Shown: piece after piece, positions 9,190 to 18,219 of the stretch
Layout of the letters: the number at the start of each line of letters is the position of its first letter
Position numbering within the stretch: the stretch's first letter is position 1
NCBI GenBank assembly: GCA_965203175.1
Contig: OZ241867.1
Coordinates: forward strand, 3,166,461-3,230,460
From: Candidatus Latescibacterota bacterium
GTDB taxonomy: Bacteria > Latescibacterota > UBA2968 > UBA8231
Length of the DNA: 64,000 bases
Direction of reading: 5' to 3'
Notes under the pieces: model-generated
The model's input: the letters and a program-made list of their open reading frames with translations, nothing else
The model's database searches: none
Told to the model about the DNA's origin: nothing
Position numbers and translations under genes: made by a program

Positions 9190-10176
9190 TCAGCCGCGCA
9201 GGGCTTGGCGAAGACCAAAAGCGCGTTTGACCCAGCGGCTCTTGTAGCCGACGACTGCGTAGTACGGCACGAGGTCGCAGCCAAAGCCGCGCTTGAAAAA
9301 GGCGATGCTCGGCATGTTGGCGCCGACGAAGTCAAAGTACTGTTGGGAACAGGTCTCCCAGTACTGCCAGAACAAAAGCGAATTCGCGCCCGTGTGGTTG
9401 AAGGCGGGATCCGAACCCCCGGTCCAGAAATAAGCGGTGTCGTGGCCTTCGGCAAAGACGACGAGGCCCGCGACTGTCCCCTCCGGGTCGGCAATTTTGT
9501 ACGCCTTGGCTAGGCCGGCCTCTAAGACTAAAGCGACAAAGCGCTCGGCTATCGTGGAGGCGACCGGGGGGCCGCTGGTTTGGTTGGAGTACGTGGCTTC
9601 GTAGTGCTGCCGAAAAAGCGCGGTGTCATCCGTGGTTTGGAGTTGATAGCCCAGTTTTTCGGCTTTGCGGATGTCGCGGCGTCTGAGGTTTGCCAGTCCT
9701 TCCCAGAGAGTGTCGCTAGCGCCGAGGGTCAGCCGGTAGGTGTAGCGCAGGTGCGCGTCCCAACCCTGCCAAGTGAAGGGACGCACGTCGGCGATGGTCG
9801 GTGCGTGGACTAGGAAGGTGCGGTGGTAGTGCTTGGCGATATAATCGAGCAGGTGCGTACAAGCGCGATGTTGGGCGGCTTCGACCGTGGCAGGTCTCTT
9901 GCTGTCGACCGGAGCTAGGAGTAGGCCGGTGTGAGGCGTCAGCTCCGGGGTTTCGAGGCGGTAGAGGCCCCAGCGCCGGCGGGCTAGGCCGCTGAGGCCG
10001 GCGACGAGGGAACCATTGCGGTAGCAACCGAGGCGGTGGACTTGACCGTCGGTGGCGGCCGCAGCACAGCGGAGCCACGCACTGGTGGAAAATACTGTGC
10101 CGCCGACGGCTTGGTGAACGAAGGCGTCCCAAGCAGTGTCGTCGGCGACGAGCTGGATTTCAAAGGTGTCGGCCAC
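9190..10176 (-). CDS. FemAB/CelD-like GNAT-fold acyltransferase
   Basis: 328 aa. The C-terminal half (YFWTGGSDPAFNHTGANSLLFWQYWE...FDFVGANMPSIAFFKRGFG) looks like the BioF2/FemAB-type acetyltransferase domain. Confidence 0.5.
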   Translation of the reverse strand: MADTFEIQLVADDTAWDAFVHQAVGGTVFSTSAWLRCAAAATDGQVHRLGCYRNGSLVAGLSGLARRRWGLYRLETPELTPHTGLLLAPVDSKRPATVEAAQHRACTHLLDYIAKHYHRTFLVHAPTIADVRPFTWQGWDAHLRYTYRLTLGASDTLWEGLANLRRRDIRKAEKLGYQLQTTDDTALFRQHYEATYSNQTSGPPVASTIAERFVALVLEAGLAKAYKIADPEGTVAGLVVFAEGHDTAYFWTGGSDPAFNHTGANSLLFWQYWETCSQQYFDFVGANMPSIAFFKRGFGCDLVPYYAVVGYKSRWVKRAFGLRQALRG

Positions 10177-10246
10177 AGGGGATTTCGCGGTTGGGATTCA
10201 ATGCGTGCGGTAAATTAGGGCAGGATGGACGATTCCGCTACATCGC

Positions 10247-10275
10247 TTGACATTCCCCTTGGCGCGCCGTATATT
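10247..10275 (+). promoter_or_regulatory. Near-consensus sigma70-type promoter for the ilv-leu operon
   Basis: TTGACA (10247-10252), 17-nt spacer, TATATT (10270-10275). Lies about 48 nt upstream of the candidate leader ORF. Confidence 0.5.
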
Positions 10276-10322
10276 GGAACCTTCCTAAATTGAACGCTAA
10301 CTTCTTGGATTACTTAGGTTTA

Positions 10323-10439
10323 ATGACAATGAGCGCGCCGTTCCAGTTCCCGCGTATTTTCCGCCCGACGCCATTGTGGGCGCGCCTCCGACTTCTCCTC
10401 CTCGACTTACTGCTTATTATTGGCCGGCCGGTCAAGTAG
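10323..10439 (+). promoter_or_regulatory. Candidate Leu/Ile-rich attenuation leader peptide ORF (38 aa)
   Basis: Hand translation gives MTMSAPFQFPRIFRPTPLWARLRLLLLDLLLIIGRPVK followed by a stop. There are 8 Leu and 2 Ile in the 12 codons 10386-10421. The ORF sits between the promoter and ilvC, with a weak SD (AGG) 5-6 nt upstream. Confidence 0.45.
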
Positions 10440-10562
10440 GCTTCGCTCCTCGTTCCACGTTTAACAGCCCAATTAATGGACGAAGCCGCTGCAAACGCAT
10501 AGGCTGTCAGCTAACTATGTCTATCAAACACTCTCAACGCCCTCAGTGAAGGAGAATTTTTC

Positions 10563-11555
10563 ATGCAGATGTACTACGACAACGACGCCAACCTCGATTT
10601 GCTCTCGGACAAGACCGTGGCCGTCATCGGCTACGGCAGCCAGGGCCACGCGCATTCGCTCAACCTGTCGGAGAGCGGCGTCAAGGTGGTGGTGGGCCTG
10701 CGCGCGGGCAGCCAGCGGCGCGCTGAGGCCGAGGCCGAAGGGCTGGAGGTAGCCGATGTGGCTGAGGCCAGCAAGCGGGGGGACATCGTGGTGATCCTGA
10801 TCAACGACGAGGTCCAGAAGGCCGTGTACGAAGCCGATATCCTCCCCAATCTCGAAGCGGGCAATGCCCTCGCCTTTGCCCACGGGTTTAACATTCACTT
10901 TGGGCAAGTAGTGCCGCCGGCCGATGTCGATGTGTTCATGGTCGCACCCAAAGGGCCGGGGCACTTGGTGCGCCGCGTGTACCAGCAGGGGGGTGGCGTG
11001 CCGGGCCTGTTGGCCGTGTACCAAGACGCCACCGGCCGGGCGCACGAGGTCGGCTTGGCCTATGCCAAGGGGATTGGCTGCGGTCGGGCCGGAGTCATTG
11101 AGACGACCTTCCGCGAGGAGACGGAGACCGACTTGTTCGGCGAGCAGGTGGTGCTGTGCGGTGGGTTGACCGAATTGATCCGCGCGGCGTTTGACACGCT
11201 CGTCGAGGCTGGTTACCAGCCCGAGGTCGCTTACTTCGAATGTCTGCACGAGGTCAAGCTGATCGTCGATCTGATCTACGAGGGCGGCATTGCCAACATG
11301 CGCTCGTCGATTTCGGATACCGCGGAGTTTGGCGATTTGACGCGCGGGCGGCGGGTGATAACCGAGCAGACGCGAGCGGAAATGAAGCAGATTCTCGCCG
11401 ACGTGCAAAACGGTCACTTTGCGCGGGAATGGCTGGCCGAAAACCAAGTGGGCCGCCCGGTGTACAATGCGATCAAGCGCCGCGATTCCGAGCACCTGAT
11501 CGAGACCGTCGGCACCCGGCTGCGCGCGATGATGAGCTGGCTGGACGACAAATAA
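10563..11555 (+). CDS. ilvC: Ketol-acid reductoisomerase
   Basis: 330 aa. N-terminus [39 protein letters not shown] is the classic class I IlvC pattern. SD AGGAG lies 9 nt upstream. Confidence 0.95.
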   Translation: MQMYYDNDANLDLLSDKTVAVIGYGSQGHAHSLNLSESGVKVVVGLRAGSQRRAEAEAEGLEVADVAEASKRGDIVVILINDEVQKAVYEADILPNLEAGNALAFAHGFNIHFGQVVPPADVDVFMVAPKGPGHLVRRVYQQGGGVPGLLAVYQDATGRAHEVGLAYAKGIGCGRAGVIETTFREETETDLFGEQVVLCGGLTELIRAAFDTLVEAGYQPEVAYFECLHEVKLIVDLIYEGGIANMRSSISDTAEFGDLTRGRRVITEQTRAEMKQILADVQNGHFAREWLAENQVGRPVYNAIKRRDSEHLIETVGTRLRAMMSWLDDK

Positions 11556-11588
11556 CAAATAGGAAAACCTTGAGAGGAGGTGAGCGCG

Positions 11589-11723
11589 ATGGAACCCCTA
11601 CTTAGCGAGTTGAGTTCCGACCCCGACCTTTGGTCGGTAGGCGGTCTCTGCACGGCTGGAGGGGACCGTCTGCCGCTTGTACCACTTCATCCGGCCAGCC
11701 TGGGAAAAACACATCATGGCTGA
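11589..11723 (+). CDS. Candidate 44-aa upstream ORF whose stop overlaps the leuA start
   Basis: Best SD in the ilvC-leuA spacer (GAGAGGAGGTGA) lies 7 nt before the ATG at 11589. Its TGA (11721-11723) falls 3 nt after the leuA ATG (11716). Peptide: MEPLLSELSSDPDLWSVGGLCTAGGDRLPLVPLHPASLGKTHHG. No homology known to me. Confidence 0.3.
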   Translation: MEPLLSELSSDPDLWSVGGLCTAGGDRLPLVPLHPASLGKTHHG

Positions 11724-13275
11724 TGCAAATCGCGTATATATTTTCGACACCACGCTGCGGGATGCCGAGCAGACGCCCGGTGCCTCGCTGACCGTCCGGG
11801 AAAAGCTGGAAGTCGCCCACCAGTTGGCGCGGCTGAAGGTCGATATTATCGAGGCTGGCTTCCCAGTGTCCTCCAACGAGGACTTCGAGGCCGTGCGCCG
11901 TATTGGGCAGGAAGTTGCCGGACCGGTAATCTGCGGGCTGTCCCGCGCCGTGCCCAAGGACATTGACAGAGCTGGCGAGGCGCTCGGAGATGCGCCTCGG
12001 CCGCGGATCCACACCTTTATCGGCACGTCGGAGATCCACCTCAAAGGGCAAATGCGCAAGGGCCAAGAGGAGGTCTTGCAGATGGCGGTGTCCGCAGTCG
12101 AGCAGGCCAAATCCTATTGCGACGATGTCGAATTTTCGCCTATGGACGCTGCCCGCACTGATCCTGGTTATCTCTTTGAGGTCATCTCGGCGACGATTGC
12201 GGCGGGGGCTACGACGATCAACATTCCAGATACAGTGGGTTATGCCGTGCCCGAAGAATTCGGGGCGCTGATTGCGCGGATTATCGCCAAGGTTCCCAAT
12301 AGCGGCGACGCCATCATCAGCGTCCACTGCCACGACGATCTGGGGATGGCCGTCATCAACACGCTCGCCGCGATCAAAAACGGAGCACGCCAAGCCGAAT
12401 GCACGATCAACGGCTTGGGCGAGCGGGCCGGCAATTCCTCATTGGAGGAGATCGTCATGGCGCTAAAGACGCGCCAGGACTACTTCGGCTTTGACACCGA
12501 GGTAGTCTCCGAGGAGATCGTCCCCACCAGCCGGTTGGTCAGCCGCTTGATGGGCATCGCGGTCCAGCCCAACAAGGCGATTGTCGGTGCCAACGCCTTT
12601 GCCCACAGCTCGGGCATCCACCAGGACGGAGTGCTCAAGCAGCGCGACACCTTTGAGATCATGGATCCGAAAGATGTGGGGCTGGAGGCCACCGAAATCG
12701 TGCTGACGGCGCGCTCGGGACGCGCTGCGCTGCGCCACCGGCTGCAGGTCTTGGGCTACGAGCTAGATCAGGCAAAGCTGGACAAGGTCTACGAGAAGTT
12801 CTTGGAACTGGCCGACAAGAAGAAGGAGGTCTTCGACGAGGACTTGGTCGAGATCTTCCACGATGATCCCGGCGAGGGCATAGCCTATTACGAGTTGAAG
12901 TATCTACATGCAGTCAGCCGCACCGGAGACGTGCCCTCGGCGACGGTGCGTTTGAGCATCGCCGGTGGCGAGCCTGTGGAGGGAGCGGCTCAGGGCGACG
13001 GGCCGGTGGACGCTACTTATGAAGCCATTCACCGAGCTCTCGCTAGCCATCCACTAGAAGATGACGATATACAACTGGACGATTATGCGATTCGCGCGAT
13101 CACCTCCGGTAGCCAGGCACTGGGCGAGGTGACGGTACATCTGTCGAGAAGTGGAGAACAGGCGCGGGGCCGGGGCGTTTCGACCGACGTTATCGAGGCC
13201 AGTGCGAGGGCTTATGTCGATGCGCTGAATCGCCTAGCCGCAAAGAACGCTAAAGAACAGCATCAGACCGTGTAG
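11716..13275 (+). CDS. leuA: 2-isopropylmalate synthase
   Basis: Motif RVYIFDTTLRDAEQTPGASL...VDIIEAGFP plus a C-terminal LeuA dimerisation/regulatory region. The start is uncertain: ATG 11716 or in-frame TTG 11677. Confidence 0.9.
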   Translation: MADANRVYIFDTTLRDAEQTPGASLTVREKLEVAHQLARLKVDIIEAGFPVSSNEDFEAVRRIGQEVAGPVICGLSRAVPKDIDRAGEALGDAPRPRIHTFIGTSEIHLKGQMRKGQEEVLQMAVSAVEQAKSYCDDVEFSPMDAARTDPGYLFEVISATIAAGATTINIPDTVGYAVPEEFGALIARIIAKVPNSGDAIISVHCHDDLGMAVINTLAAIKNGARQAECTINGLGERAGNSSLEEIVMALKTRQDYFGFDTEVVSEEIVPTSRLVSRLMGIAVQPNKAIVGANAFAHSSGIHQDGVLKQRDTFEIMDPKDVGLEATEIVLTARSGRAALRHRLQVLGYELDQAKLDKVYEKFLELADKKKEVFDEDLVEIFHDDPGEGIAYYELKYLHAVSRTGDVPSATVRLSIAGGEPVEGAAQGDGPVDATYEAIHRALASHPLEDDDIQLDDYAIRAITSGSQALGEVTVHLSRSGEQARGRGVSTDVIEASARAYVDALNRLAAKNAKEQHQTV

Positions 13276-13281
13276 AGGAGA

Positions 13282-14685
13282 TTGGAGATGGGTAAGACCC
13301 TGTTGCACAAGGTTTGGGACGCGCACACTGTGCGCGAGTTGCCCTCTGGGCAGACGCAATTGTTCGTTGGCCTGCATTTGGTCCACGAGGTGACCAGTCC
13401 CCAGGCCTTTGAGATGCTGCGGGAGCGCGGCCTCACCGTCCGTTTCCCAAAGCGCACCTTTGCCACCGTGGATCACATCGTGCCCACGGACTTGGTGCAG
13501 CGGCCTTTTGTCGATGACTTGGCCGAGGAGATGATGGACGCGATCGAGCAGAATGCCGCCGAATTTGAGATCCCGTTGTTCAACATCGACGATCAGCGCC
13601 AGGGGGTGGTCCACGTCATCGGCCCGGAGTTGGGATTGACCCAGCCGGGCATGACCATTGCCTGCGGCGACAGCCATACTTCGACGCACGGGGCTTTTGG
13701 CGCGGTGGCCTTTGGCATTGGCACCAGCCAAGTGCGCGACGTGCTCGCCACTCAGTGCTTGGCCATGGACCCGCTCAAGGTGCGGCGGATTGAAGTTAGC
13801 GGTGCGCTGAGCGAGGGGGTGTACGCCAAGGACGTCATCTTGCATATCATCGGCCTGCTCGGGGTCAATGGCGGCGTTGGCTACGGCTATGAGTACGGCG
13901 GCTCAGTCATTGAGGCTATGTCCATTGAAGAGCGGATGACGGTGTGCAACATGTCGATTGAGGGCGGCGCTCGGGCCGGCTACGTCAATCCCGACCAGAC
14001 GACGTACGACTATCTCAACGGGCGGTCCCACGCGCCGCGCAATTTTGGGTCTGCGGTCGAGTGGTGGGAGTCCATGGCCTCGGATGCAGACGCCGAATAC
14101 GACGACCTAGTCCAAATCGACGGCCGCGAAATCGGCCCGACCGTGACGTGGGGCATTACGCCGGGCCAATCGGTCGGCGTTGACCAAGCTTTGCCCGACC
14201 TAGACGCTTTTGCCGATGCCGACCGCTCCACCGTCCAGGAAGCCTTCGATTACATGGACTTTGAGCCGGGTCAGAGGATCGCCGGGACCAAAGTAGATGT
14301 GGCGTTTATCGGTTCCTGTACCAACGGTCGGCTCTCGGATTTGCGCGAAGCAGCCCGAGTCGCTCGCGGGCGCAGGGTAGCCTCTGGCGTCCGCGCCCTC
14401 GTGGTGCCTGGGTCGCAGCAGGTGCGAGCCGAGGCCGAGGCCGAGGGCTTGCACGAGATCTTCGCAGAGGCCGGGTTCCAGTGGCGGGGAGCGGGTTGCT
14501 CCATGTGCTTGGCGATGAATCCCGACAAACTCCAAGGCCGCGAACTGTGCGCCTCGTCGTCCAACCGCAACTTCAAGGGCCGGCAGGGCAGTCCCACCGG
14601 TCGCACTTTGCTGATGAGTCCGGCAATGGTCGCGGCGGCGGCGGTGGCAGGTGAGGTGGCGGATGTGCGGGAATTGGTTGGGTAG
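13282..14685 (+). CDS. leuC: 3-isopropylmalate dehydratase large subunit
   Basis: 467 aa. Aconitase-family motifs: [33 protein letters not shown]. Confidence 0.95.
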   Translation: MEMGKTLLHKVWDAHTVRELPSGQTQLFVGLHLVHEVTSPQAFEMLRERGLTVRFPKRTFATVDHIVPTDLVQRPFVDDLAEEMMDAIEQNAAEFEIPLFNIDDQRQGVVHVIGPELGLTQPGMTIACGDSHTSTHGAFGAVAFGIGTSQVRDVLATQCLAMDPLKVRRIEVSGALSEGVYAKDVILHIIGLLGVNGGVGYGYEYGGSVIEAMSIEERMTVCNMSIEGGARAGYVNPDQTTYDYLNGRSHAPRNFGSAVEWWESMASDADAEYDDLVQIDGREIGPTVTWGITPGQSVGVDQALPDLDAFADADRSTVQEAFDYMDFEPGQRIAGTKVDVAFIGSCTNGRLSDLREAARVARGRRVASGVRALVVPGSQQVRAEAEAEGLHEIFAEAGFQWRGAGCSMCLAMNPDKLQGRELCASSSNRNFKGRQGSPTGRTLLMSPAMVAAAAVAGEVADVRELVG

Positions 14686-14698
14686 AGGAGAAGATACC

Positions 14699-15292
14699 AT
14701 GGAAAATTCGAGTGTGATTCAGACGATAACTGGCCGCGGCGTGGTGGTGCGTGGAGCGGATATTGATACCGACCGCATCATTCCGGCTCGCTTTTTGCGG
14801 ACGGTGACATTTGAGAATTTGGGTGCCCACGCCTTTGAGGATGATCGCGCCGGTGGCGACCATCCCTTTGACCAAGCGCGCTTCCAAGGAGCGTCGATCC
14901 TGTTGGCCAATGCCAATTTCGGCTGCGGGTCCTCGCGCGAACACGCGCCGCAGGCTCTGATGCGCTGGGGGATCAAGGGTTTTGTCGCTGAGTCCTTTGC
15001 CGAGATTTTCTTTGGCAACTGCATCGCTATGGGATTGCCCTGTGTGCGGGTGGCGGCTGGGGACATGCAGACTTTGATGGACGCGGTCGAGAGCGATCCG
15101 GCGCAGGAGGTGGTCATTGACCTTGGAGCGCGGCAGGTGCGCTGGGCCGGTGGCCAAGTTGCAGCCGATATTGCCGACGGCCCGCGCGAGCAGTTTCTCA
15201 AGGGGAGTTGGGATTCGCTGGGTCAGCTCTTGGCCGCTGGCGACCAGATTGAGAGCACCACGCGGAAGCTGCCGTACGTGGCGGGGTTTTGA
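14699..15292 (+). CDS. leuD: 3-isopropylmalate dehydratase small subunit
   Basis: Motifs VVVRGADIDTDRIIPARFL and NFGCGSSREHAPQAL. Internal ATG 14699 chosen over the track start at 14651, which overlaps leuC. Confidence 0.9.
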   Translation: MENSSVIQTITGRGVVVRGADIDTDRIIPARFLRTVTFENLGAHAFEDDRAGGDHPFDQARFQGASILLANANFGCGSSREHAPQALMRWGIKGFVAESFAEIFFGNCIAMGLPCVRVAAGDMQTLMDAVESDPAQEVVIDLGARQVRWAGGQVAADIADGPREQFLKGSWDSLGQLLAAGDQIESTTRKLPYVAGF

Positions 15293-15305
15293 AAGAGGTG
15301 ATAAG

Positions 15306-15533
15306 ATGGGCCACATCAAGATAAATGGACAGAAAATTACCAACCCATTGTCCCGCGCACTGGTTCTGACGGCAGTCGCGCTGATTTTCGCTTTCATCAC
15401 AGGTGTGGTCCTGATCAACATCGGGATCGCACTGGCGGTTACAATCATCATTGCCGTGGTGCTGCTGCTAGCCGCCCCGGTGGTTACGGGACTGATTTGG
15501 CTCGCCAAACTAATCCATAAAAGAGGGAGATAA
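15306..15533 (+). CDS. Small (75 aa) two-helix membrane protein inserted between leuD and leuB
   Basis: SD AAGAGGTGA lies 6 nt before the ATG at 15306. Sequence: MGHIKINGQKITNPLSRALVLTAVALIFAFITGVVLINIGIALAVTIIIAVVLLLAAPVVTGLIWLAKLIHKRGR. GC content is visibly lower than in the flanking genes. Confidence 0.55.
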   Translation: MGHIKINGQKITNPLSRALVLTAVALIFAFITGVVLINIGIALAVTIIIAVVLLLAAPVVTGLIWLAKLIHKRGR

Positions 15534-15537
15534 ATAA

Positions 15538-16596
15538 TTGCACAAAATTGCCGTAATACCCGGAGACGGAACAGGGCCTGAAGTGGTCGTCGAGGGGCTG
15601 AAAGCACTCGACGCTGTAGCCGCTAAGCAGGGATTCGAATACGAGACCGTGGATTTTGACTTTGGCGGCGACCGCTACTTGCGCACCGGCGAGGTCTTGC
15701 CCGAGTCGGCGGCCGACGACTTTAGGCAGTTCGACGCCATTTACCTAGGGGCCATCGGCCACCCCGACGTAAAGCCGGGTATCCTCGAAAAGGGCATTCT
15801 ACTGAGGCTGCGCTCTGAGTTGGACCAGTACATCAACCTCCGCCCGGTCAAGCTCTATCCCAACGTGCCGACGCCGATTAAGGACAAGGGACCGGAGGAC
15901 ATCGACTTTGTGGTGGTGCGTGAAAATACTGAGGGACTATACGCGGGTTCTGGCGGCTTCCTCAAAAAGGGTACGCCCGACGAGATCGCAGTGCAGGAGT
16001 CAATCAACACCCGCAAGGGCGTCGAGCGTTGCTTGCGCTACGCCTTTGAGTACACCCAACGGCGCAATAAGGACAACACCTTGACGCTGTGCGGCAAGAC
16101 CAACGTGCTGACGTACGCCTTTGACCTGTGGGAGCGGGTGTTTGAGGAAATTGGCGCGGCTGACTATCCGGCCATCAAGCGCGACTACGCCCACGTCGAT
16201 GCCATCTGCATGTGGATGGTCAAAAATCCCGAGTGGTTCGATGTGGTAGTTACCGACAACATGTTCGGAGACATAATCACGGATTTAGGCGCGATGATCC
16301 AGGGCGGAATGGGCATTGCTGCGGGCGGCAATATCAACCCTGAAGGCGTGTCGATGTTCGAGCCGATCGGCGGTTCGGCTCCCAAGTACACCGGTCAGAA
16401 TATCATTAATCCGCTGGCCGCCATCGGCGCTTGTCAGCTCATGCTCGACACGCTCGGCGAGCACGAGGGTGCCAACATTTTGGAGGGCGCTATCGTCTCG
16501 ACGCTGGGCAAGCTCGAAGATATGGGCGCGGGGAGAATGGGGTATTCGACGACGGAAGTAGGCGACCTAGTAGCCCAGGCCGTGGCCGACGCCTAG
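15538..16596 (+). CDS. leuB: 3-isopropylmalate dehydrogenase
   Basis: 352 aa with a TTG start. N-terminus [16 protein letters not shown]; motifs VRENTEGLY and [20 protein letters not shown] upstream. Confidence 0.92.
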   Translation: MHKIAVIPGDGTGPEVVVEGLKALDAVAAKQGFEYETVDFDFGGDRYLRTGEVLPESAADDFRQFDAIYLGAIGHPDVKPGILEKGILLRLRSELDQYINLRPVKLYPNVPTPIKDKGPEDIDFVVVRENTEGLYAGSGGFLKKGTPDEIAVQESINTRKGVERCLRYAFEYTQRRNKDNTLTLCGKTNVLTYAFDLWERVFEEIGAADYPAIKRDYAHVDAICMWMVKNPEWFDVVVTDNMFGDIITDLGAMIQGGMGIAAGGNINPEGVSMFEPIGGSAPKYTGQNIINPLAAIGACQLMLDTLGEHEGANILEGAIVSTLGKLEDMGAGRMGYSTTEVGDLVAQAVADA

Positions 16597-16618
16597 GGCG
16601 ATGGAGGGAAGCGACACC

Positions 16619-18214
16619 ATGCGCATCGAAGTCTATGACTCCACCCTGCGGGACGGTGCCCAAGCCGAGGGCATTTCCTATTCGCTAGAGGACAAGCTAC
16701 TGATCGCGCGGCGTCTCGACGCGCTGGGGGTCGATTACATTGAAGGAGGCTGGCCCAATCCCACCAATCCCAAGGATCTGGCCTTTTTCCAGGAAGTGAA
16801 GAAGCTGGGTCTGAAGGCGCGAGTGACCGCCTTTGGCAGCACGCGTCGGGCCGGCGTGGCCCCAGAGGAGGACGCGACCCTGAACACGCTGCTGAGGGCC
16901 GAGACCGACAGCGTTTGCATCTTTGGCAAAAGCTGGACTTTGCACGTCGTCGAGGCGCTCAAGACAACGCTAGAAGAAAATCTGAAGCTGATTGAAGACT
17001 CGGTCGCCTATCTGGTCGCGCACGGCCGCGAAGTGATCTACGACGCCGAGCACTTTTTCGACGGTTATAAGGCCGACGCTGATTACGCGGTCGAGACCCT
17101 GTTGGCCGCCGAGCGCGGTGGAGCGCGGATTTTGGTGCTCTGCGATACCAATGGCGGTACCTTGACCAGCGAGATGGGCCAGATCGTCGAACAGGTTGCC
17201 GAGCGGATTGCGCTGCCCTTTGGCATCCACACGCACAACGATGCTGGCGTGGGCGTGGCCAATACGCTCGTGGCCGTGGAGCGGGGCGCAGTGCAAGTGC
17301 AAGGAACTTTTAACGGCTATGGCGAGCGCTGCGGCAATGCCAACTTGTGCGCTATTCTGCCCAACTTGGAACTGAAGATGGGTTTCGAGACAGTGGGTCG
17401 CGAGAACCTTGCGGAGCTGATGGACTTCTCCCGCTTCCTCAGCGAGATCGCCAACGTCTATCACGACCACCGCCAGCCGTATGTCGGCGAGAGCGCGTTC
17501 GCCCACAAGGGAGGCGTCCACATCGACGCCATGATCAAGGATCCGCGCTGCTACGAACACATCGATCCCATAGCCACGGGCAACGAGCGGCGGTTCTTGG
17601 TCTCCGACCAAGCGGGCGGTGCGACGGTCGTCAGCAAGCTGCGGCGATTTTTGCCCGACATAGAGAAGAGGGATCCGCTGGTGGGACGGGTCTTGGAGCG
17701 GGTCAAGCAGTTGGAGCACGAGGGCTATCAGTTCGAGGCGGCGGAGGGATCGTTTGAGTTGTTGGCGCGTCGGGTCCAAGGCACGTACGAGGACTTATTC
17801 ACGCTGATCAACTTCCGCACTATCAACCGCAGGATCGGGGAGCACGCCGAAGAAGCCGAGGCCATTGTCAAGGTCGTCATCGGCGATGCCGAGTACCATA
17901 TGGTCGCTGGCGGCGATGGTCCGGTCAACGCGCTCGACCAAGCACTGCGCAAGGCGCTGGAGCAGGAGTTCCCCGCGCTCAAGCAGGTGCATTTGGAAGA
18001 CTACAAGGTGCGGGTGTTGTCGAGCAGCGACGGGACCGCGGCCAAGACGCGGGTATTGATCGAGTCGTCGGACGGCAAGGATGTGTGGGGTACGGTGGGA
18101 GTGTCGGAGAATGTGATCGAGGCGAGTTGGATCGCCTTGGCCGATAGTTTGCACTACAAGTTGATGAAGGACGCGCTGGCCGAGCTAGCTGTCGGCGCGA
18201 CGGGAACGGACTGA
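16619..18214 (+). CDS. cimA: (R)-citramalate synthase (second LeuA-family enzyme)
   Basis: N-terminus MRIEVYDSTLRDGAQAEGISYSLEDKL...DYIEGGWP and a length of ~530 aa are typical of CimA. Start taken at ATG 16619; the track ORF begins at 16601. Confidence 0.8.
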   Translation: MRIEVYDSTLRDGAQAEGISYSLEDKLLIARRLDALGVDYIEGGWPNPTNPKDLAFFQEVKKLGLKARVTAFGSTRRAGVAPEEDATLNTLLRAETDSVCIFGKSWTLHVVEALKTTLEENLKLIEDSVAYLVAHGREVIYDAEHFFDGYKADADYAVETLLAAERGGARILVLCDTNGGTLTSEMGQIVEQVAERIALPFGIHTHNDAGVGVANTLVAVERGAVQVQGTFNGYGERCGNANLCAILPNLELKMGFETVGRENLAELMDFSRFLSEIANVYHDHRQPYVGESAFAHKGGVHIDAMIKDPRCYEHIDPIATGNERRFLVSDQAGGATVVSKLRRFLPDIEKRDPLVGRVLERVKQLEHEGYQFEAAEGSFELLARRVQGTYEDLFTLINFRTINRRIGEHAEEAEAIVKVVIGDAEYHMVAGGDGPVNALDQALRKALEQEFPALKQVHLEDYKVRVLSSSDGTAAKTRVLIESSDGKDVWGTVGVSENVIEASWIALADSLHYKLMKDALAELAVGATGTD

Positions 18215-18219
18215 GTGCT

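Noticed and set aside
10440-10562. Intrinsic terminator/antiterminator pair downstream of the Leu/Ile leader ORF
   Set aside because: There is no GC hairpin followed by a U-tract. Only a weak long-range GGCTTCG/CGAAGCC pairing is visible, so the mechanistic part of the attenuation model remains unsupported.
10524-11558. 344-aa minus-strand ORF exactly antisense to ilvC
   Set aside because: The plus-strand frame encodes an unmistakable IlvC. Long stop-free antisense frames are expected at this GC content, and the predicted protein is R/A/G/H/L-rich with no recognisable motif.
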